Assembly: GCA_045545475.1 (NCBI GenBank) | Contig: JAZQAZ010000018.1 | Span: 1-64,000, forward strand | Source of the DNA: Clostridia bacterium | GTDB lineage: Bacteria > Bacillota > Clostridia > CAKSNL01 > HGM11501 | DNA: 64,000 nt | Direction: 5' to 3' | Shown here: positions 59,071 through 64,000 of the stretch, piece after piece | Layout: each line of letters starts with the position of its first letter | Numbering within the stretch: position 1 is the first letter of the stretch | Program-made: the position numbers and the translations under genes | Notes under the pieces: generated by a model | What the model saw: only the letters and a program-made list of their open reading frames with translations | What the model was told of the DNA's origin: nothing | The model's database searches: none

Positions 59071-61920
59071 ATGAAAAAAATATGTACACTTATGATTGTG
59101 CTCATGCTCATCCTGCCGTGTTTTTCTGTATTGCCGGCAAGTGCTGAGGTTGTTGAGCTCACTGCCAGGGGAGATTATCTTACAAACCCCAATGATAAGA
59201 TAGTGGTAAATTCTGCTTATGAGATTTATCCCTGGAACAGAAATAAGTATATCGGATTTTCAGATGTTGATATGACGGGAATAAAGTCTATTACAGCATC
59301 CGTAAAATGTATGCTTCCGGGAAACTCAAACGGTGATACCATAGCGATTATGCTTGATACGCCTTACGGAACGGAAAGCTCCGTTAACTGCGTGGGTTAC
59401 ATTGTGTTAAACAAGGAAAGCCCCAACGGCGGAGCAGATTATGCAAATTACACTGCGAATATAAAAGAAACCACGGGAACACATGATATATATTTTGTTT
59501 CCTGCTTAGGTTCCAACAATTCGAACTATATAAGGGTAAAGTCCTTTACTCTTAATGAAACAACCGTGACCAAAGAAGACGAAACCGTTTCGGATTCTTA
59601 TACTTACAGCGTAAATCACGACACATGGGCACTTACGGACGAGCTTGGCAGAAAAGCGGCGGATTATTCTGAAGCAGGTCCTGTGAAAAGCGGCAAACAC
59701 GATGTGGGTATTCTCTATTGGAACTGGTTTGTTTCTCCTGAATATTCGAGAGCCTATATTCCCAGCGAGGTTATAAGAAAATATCCTGATCAAAAGGATA
59801 ATTATCTTTCTCCCGTATGGGATAATATGGGTGATTTCTGGTGGGCAGAGCCCCTTTTCGGATTTTACGACAGTTATGACTATTGGGTGTACCGCCGTCA
59901 CGCCGAAATGCTTGCAAATGCAGGTGTTGACTTCATAGCTTTTGACTATTCCAACGGAGGTCTCGGATTCATAGAACCCCTTACAATTCTTGTTGATGCC
60001 TTTAGGGATGCAAAGAAGGACGGCATAGTTGCACCTAAAATTACAGCTATGACAGACCTTGGAGGAAGGGAAGAAAATTCTGTAAGACTCCTTCAGTCTA
60101 TGTACTTTAACTGCTTTGTGGGAGAAGACTATACAGATGTATGGTATTATCTTGACGGAAAGCCGCTTCTTTTCGGTAACTCACTTCCCAATGTTACAAC
60201 TAAAGTACAGTCCGTTACATATGATGACGGAACAACCGATACTTTCTACAGACAGATTGCTGACATGGCAACAATTGAAGAATTTTTTACATACAGAAAC
60301 AGCGGATCAAGAACAGGTCCCTTTGCTAAGGTTGATGACAGATGGATTTGGCTTGAAGATTTCCCGATTCACGGCTGGAACTGGCAGGAAGATACGGAAA
60401 GATATGAATTTTGTGCAGTTGGCACGGGTATAAATGAATCTTACATATACAAGCTTGCTGCAACCGGAGTATTCTCTGACGAGTATACAAAGGGCAGAGG
60501 CTATTCGGAAGCTTTTGGTGAGGACAGAACAGGTGACGGTATGTATATGGCATACTTCTTCCGTGACCAGTCTTCTTTGGCTCTTGAAATTGATCCTGAA
60601 ATTATTATGATTGACGGATGGAACGAATGGACTGCAGTAAGAAACGGCGTATATAACGGCTTTACAAACTCCTTCGTTGATACCTTTGACGATGATAACA
60701 GCCGAGACTTCGAGCCATCGGCAGGTGCTTTAAGAGACCATTATTACTGTCTGATGATTGACTTTATCAGAAAGTATAAGGGCGTTGCAAAAGCACCCGT
60801 TGCAGGAAGTGTCTTTACCGTAGAAGACTTTTCGGATTGGGAAAATGTGACATATAAGTACCTTAATTATCCTTCCGAGGAAAGATGTGACGAAGGCTAT
60901 CTTATAGCTCCTGCAACTCCTGAGGAAGAATCTACTGCTTATCACAGCTTTGTATATGAGGTATATAACAGCATAATAACAGCAAAGGTAAGCCATGATG
61001 ATGACAATTTATACTTCCTGGCTGAAACCGAAGCGGAAATGACATTAAATACTCCTTTTGCAATGCAGCTTTATCTTGATACCGACAGAAATAAAGCGAC
61101 CGGATGGAACGGCTATGATTATGCGGTAAATGTTACAGAAGCAGGAAAAATAGCAAAAAATCTGGATAATGCGTATTTATGGGAAACTCTTTCAGATGTT
61201 GAATGGGTAAGTGAAGGAACAAAGCTTATGATTACTGTTCCCAGAACACTTGTAAAAGAAACATCTTCCGTTGATTTTGAATTCAAGTGGACAGACGCTA
61301 TCGACCTGGAAAGTGAGTTTTTAAATGTTTATAAGGGCGGATCAAGTGCACCCTTTGGAAGATATAACTACATATATTCCGAAGACACCCAGGTTTATCC
61401 CGGAGAGGAAATAAATGCTGATTTAAGCAATAACTCCGTTGTAAAAGCAGGCGTTAATAAGATGACGGTAGGGGACGCCATGATAACTGTTTATGAGCCT
61501 GATACAAGGGTTACTCCTTATTTAATTGATGGAACAATCTACGTTCCCGAAGATGCACTGCATGAGATTATCGGCTACGGCAAATCAAAGTCATGGTACG
61601 ATGCCGCAACCAACACATTCAGACTTATGAGATATGAGCTTGAGCCTTATGAAGATGCCAACGGTGTTACAAAGCGCAATATAAATACTACGTGGCTTTA
61701 TACAAAAATCAATTCAACTTCTATGAATTTTGGCGGAAATGAGCAAACGCTTAGCCATCCTGTAAAAGTAATAGACGGTATATTCTTCGTTCCGCTTTCG
61801 CTTCTTTCTGATGCATACGGATATACTGTAAGTATAACAGACGGCGTTGCGGTGGTAACAGATCCCGGTGAAACGGCTCTTTCAGCAGCTACTGTAGCTT
61901 CGGTTACAGAACTTTTCTGA
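59071..61920 (+). CDS. Secreted multidomain glycoside-hydrolase-like protein (CBM-like + GH71/GH99-like barrel + copper-amine-oxidase-N-like)
   Basis: Signal peptide; TGTHDIYFV (CBM6-like end); VGILYWNW, RRHAEMLANAGVDFIAFD, IDGWNEW; YLDTDRNKATGW; DGTIYVP/DGIFFVPL. Confidence 0.65.
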   Translation: MKKICTLMIVLMLILPCFSVLPASAEVVELTARGDYLTNPNDKIVVNSAYEIYPWNRNKYIGFSDVDMTGIKSITASVKCMLPGNSNGDTIAIMLDTPYGTESSVNCVGYIVLNKESPNGGADYANYTANIKETTGTHDIYFVSCLGSNNSNYIRVKSFTLNETTVTKEDETVSDSYTYSVNHDTWALTDELGRKAADYSEAGPVKSGKHDVGILYWNWFVSPEYSRAYIPSEVIRKYPDQKDNYLSPVWDNMGDFWWAEPLFGFYDSYDYWVYRRHAEMLANAGVDFIAFDYSNGGLGFIEPLTILVDAFRDAKKDGIVAPKITAMTDLGGREENSVRLLQSMYFNCFVGEDYTDVWYYLDGKPLLFGNSLPNVTTKVQSVTYDDGTTDTFYRQIADMATIEEFFTYRNSGSRTGPFAKVDDRWIWLEDFPIHGWNWQEDTERYEFCAVGTGINESYIYKLAATGVFSDEYTKGRGYSEAFGEDRTGDGMYMAYFFRDQSSLALEIDPEIIMIDGWNEWTAVRNGVYNGFTNSFVDTFDDDNSRDFEPSAGALRDHYYCLMIDFIRKYKGVAKAPVAGSVFTVEDFSDWENVTYKYLNYPSEERCDEGYLIAPATPEEESTAYHSFVYEVYNSIITAKVSHDDDNLYFLAETEAEMTLNTPFAMQLYLDTDRNKATGWNGYDYAVNVTEAGKIAKNLDNAYLWETLSDVEWVSEGTKLMITVPRTLVKETSSVDFEFKWTDAIDLESEFLNVYKGGSSAPFGRYNYIYSEDTQVYPGEEINADLSNNSVVKAGVNKMTVGDAMITVYEPDTRVTPYLIDGTIYVPEDALHEIIGYGKSKSWYDAATNTFRLMRYELEPYEDANGVTKRNINTTWLYTKINSTSMNFGGNEQTLSHPVKVIDGIFFVPLSLLSDAYGYTVSITDGVAVVTDPGETALSAATVASVTELF

Positions 61921-61937
61921 TAAGGAGGGGATAAAAA

Positions 61938-64000
61938 ATGAAAACAGTTAAGAATGTTTTATCTTTAATATTGTTAGTGGCGGTTTTATTGTCCTCTCTG
62001 TCCCTTTCCGTTTTTGCGGAAAACGGAGAAATTCCTGCAAAGTCCACATGGACAATTGCGGCAAGTTCTTATGTCGGCGGTTGCGATCCTATAAAGGCTA
62101 TAGACGGAAATGTCGGCACCTACTGGCATTCATATTATGAGGTGGAAGGTGGCGTTGCCGTAAATCCTGATTTAGCACCTTACTATCTTTATGTTACCCT
62201 TCCTTCGGTAACGGAGTTTTCAGGAATAAATTTAACTCCGAGAGCGTCTTCCGGTGCTCAGATAAATGAAATAAGTGTATATGTTTCGGATACTGCGGCT
62301 GACAGTAATACCGATACATCCTGGGCACTTGTGGCCGATAAAGTAGCGTTTGCAACTCCCACGGTGGGAGATCAGACACCTCTTAATATTGATTTCGGAA
62401 TGAATGTTAAAGCAAAGAGATTTATGCTTGCTATAACAAAGACGAGCAATAACTACGGAACAATTGCCGAAATTGACCTTGCGGAGAAAAATGACAGATA
62501 TACTGTTGCGTCCTCTGCGGAGCTTTTGGAATATCACGCTATTAAAAGTAACACAGCTCTTTCAGATAAGAGTAAGTGGGGAATCTCCGTCAACTCCGGC
62601 GAGGGAAGTATCAGAAAGGCAATTGACGGAATAGTTGACGAAGATAACTACTGGCATTCATTCTTCAAGGCAGACGGTGCAAACATAACTTATCACGACA
62701 TACCGCCTTATGACATATATATAACATTTCCTGAAAAAACCGTAATATCTCATCTTGATGTTATACCGAGGCAGGATATAAAAAACGGTTGTCCGCTTGA
62801 GATGAACTTTTATGCTGCAGACAGCGACGACGGAGAAATGTACCTTCTTGAAGAAAAGCTTACCTATGAATCGGGATTTGCGGGAAGAGCAATTGACCTT
62901 GCTTCTAATGTTGCAGCAAAGAAAATTCTCATAAACATAACAGGCGGTAACGGAGGTTACGGATGTATCTCGGAAATCAATATTACCGGTAACGATGCGG
63001 AAAAACCTTTCTCCGCCCTTGACACTTATATTAATACGGCAAAATATGCAAGAAAATATGAAATAAGCAAAAACTACTTTGAAATTTCGTGTGACCATAC
63101 AGGAAACTGGAGCGGTAATGTTATCAATAATATGATTGACGGTTCTGAATCAACCATATGGCAGACAGATAATCTCAATAAATTGGGGATTAAGCCCACC
63201 GTTACTGTGGATATGCTGGATGATTATACTATAAGCGAAATAACATATTTCCCGAGACAGTCTGATGATCATCACGGACACTGGACAAAGTTTACCTTGC
63301 AGACAAGCAGTGACGATTCAACCTATACTGATGTTGGCGATTACACATTTACGGCAGGTTATGATCTTCAGGTAATTAAGCTTGATAATCCCATAAAATG
63401 CAGGTATATAAGATTTAAGAGCATAACAGGTACCGGTGGCTATGTAGGAGGCGGAGAGCTTTACTTCTATCAGACATATGACGGCTTGCAGGAGTATAAC
63501 GAGCGTTACGGCGGAACATTCCACCTTGAGTACGGCTCTGCCGACGTTTACTGTGAAAAGGGAGCTGCCCCCGGTGACTATACACTTGTCGGTCCCATTG
63601 AAACGATGAACGGATGCACATATGTTCCTCTTTTAAGCTTTGTAAATGAGCTTATTTATAAGGGTAGTGCGGAAGAAGATAAAACAAGCGATTTAAGAAA
63701 AATTACCGTTTCTCTTAACGGCGGACTTAAAACATTCACTCTACAGGAAAATAACTATATTGTATATTCTCTGGATAATAAATACGGAGATGTTCGCTAT
63801 ACGCTTTATAATCTTCCTTTTGTGAAAAATGACATCTTCTATGCACCGCTTCATTTCCTTTGTGAGCTTATCGGATACGAGGAATCCTTCGACGGTGAAA
63901 CTCTTACCCTTGTGAAAATTGACTTTAATATGTATGACACGGTTGAATGGATTGATCCCGCTAAGTCTTTTGCAACCTACAAGGTAAATTATGATCTTGG
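61938..64000 (+). CDS. Secreted protein with three F5/8 type C (CBM32-like) domains, 3'-truncated
   Basis: AGGAGG RBS, ATG 61938, signal peptide MKTVKNVLSLILLVAVLL; repeats AIDGNVGTYWHS, AIDGIVDEDNYWHS, MIDGSESTIWQT; appears open to the window end (absent from the ORF track, consistent with no stop). Confidence 0.78.
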   Translation, partial: MKTVKNVLSLILLVAVLLSSLSLSVFAENGEIPAKSTWTIAASSYVGGCDPIKAIDGNVGTYWHSYYEVEGGVAVNPDLAPYYLYVTLPSVTEFSGINLTPRASSGAQINEISVYVSDTAADSNTDTSWALVADKVAFATPTVGDQTPLNIDFGMNVKAKRFMLAITKTSNNYGTIAEIDLAEKNDRYTVASSAELLEYHAIKSNTALSDKSKWGISVNSGEGSIRKAIDGIVDEDNYWHSFFKADGANITYHDIPPYDIYITFPEKTVISHLDVIPRQDIKNGCPLEMNFYAADSDDGEMYLLEEKLTYESGFAGRAIDLASNVAAKKILINITGGNGGYGCISEINITGNDAEKPFSALDTYINTAKYARKYEISKNYFEISCDHTGNWSGNVINNMIDGSESTIWQTDNLNKLGIKPTVTVDMLDDYTISEITYFPRQSDDHHGHWTKFTLQTSSDDSTYTDVGDYTFTAGYDLQVIKLDNPIKCRYIRFKSITGTGGYVGGGELYFYQTYDGLQEYNERYGGTFHLEYGSADVYCEKGAAPGDYTLVGPIETMNGCTYVPLLSFVNELIYKGSAEEDKTSDLRKITVSLNGGLKTFTLQENNYIVYSLDNKYGDVRYTLYNLPFVKNDIFYAPLHFLCELIGYEESFDGETLTLVKIDFNMYDTVEWIDPAKSFATYKVNYDL

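Overview
Chromosomal window from a low-GC Gram-positive bacterium, most likely class Clostridia (inferred from SLH proteins, ylxM-ffh-rpsP synteny, GGAGG ribosome-binding sites and TTGACA-17-TATAAT promoters). Left (1-14 kb): a carbohydrate-utilisation cluster (GH2, esterase, O-acetyltransferase, HpcH aldolase, PfkB kinase, GH-like protein), interrupted by an AT-rich cassette. The cassette carries a highly structured array of 5 direct and 4 inverted AGCTAAATT repeats with hairpin spacers, directly upstream of a four-helix-bundle (Avd/IVS-like) gene and a small pyrophosphatase gene; this is the best candidate for an undescribed system. Middle (14-46 kb): mostly housekeeping genes (asnB, L,D-transpeptidase, ylxM-ffh-rpsP-khpA-rimM-trmD-rplS-rbgA-rnhB-yraN, S41 protease, gltX-glnS, sua5-LMW phosphatase-rimI-tsaD, nagA/ROK, dinB), plus an SLH-anchored serpin and an ADP-ribosylglycohydrolase with altered metal motifs. 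Right (46.5-64 kb): a cobalamin-riboswitch operon (1717-aa SLH surface protein, split transcobalamin-like proteins, ECF transporter with an ATPase-ATPase-S fusion), a large serine recombinase coupled to an unannotated 40-aa ORF, and two secreted glycan-active proteins. No rRNA, tRNA, CRISPR array or IS element was recognised. All family calls come from motif recognition by eye, not database searches.
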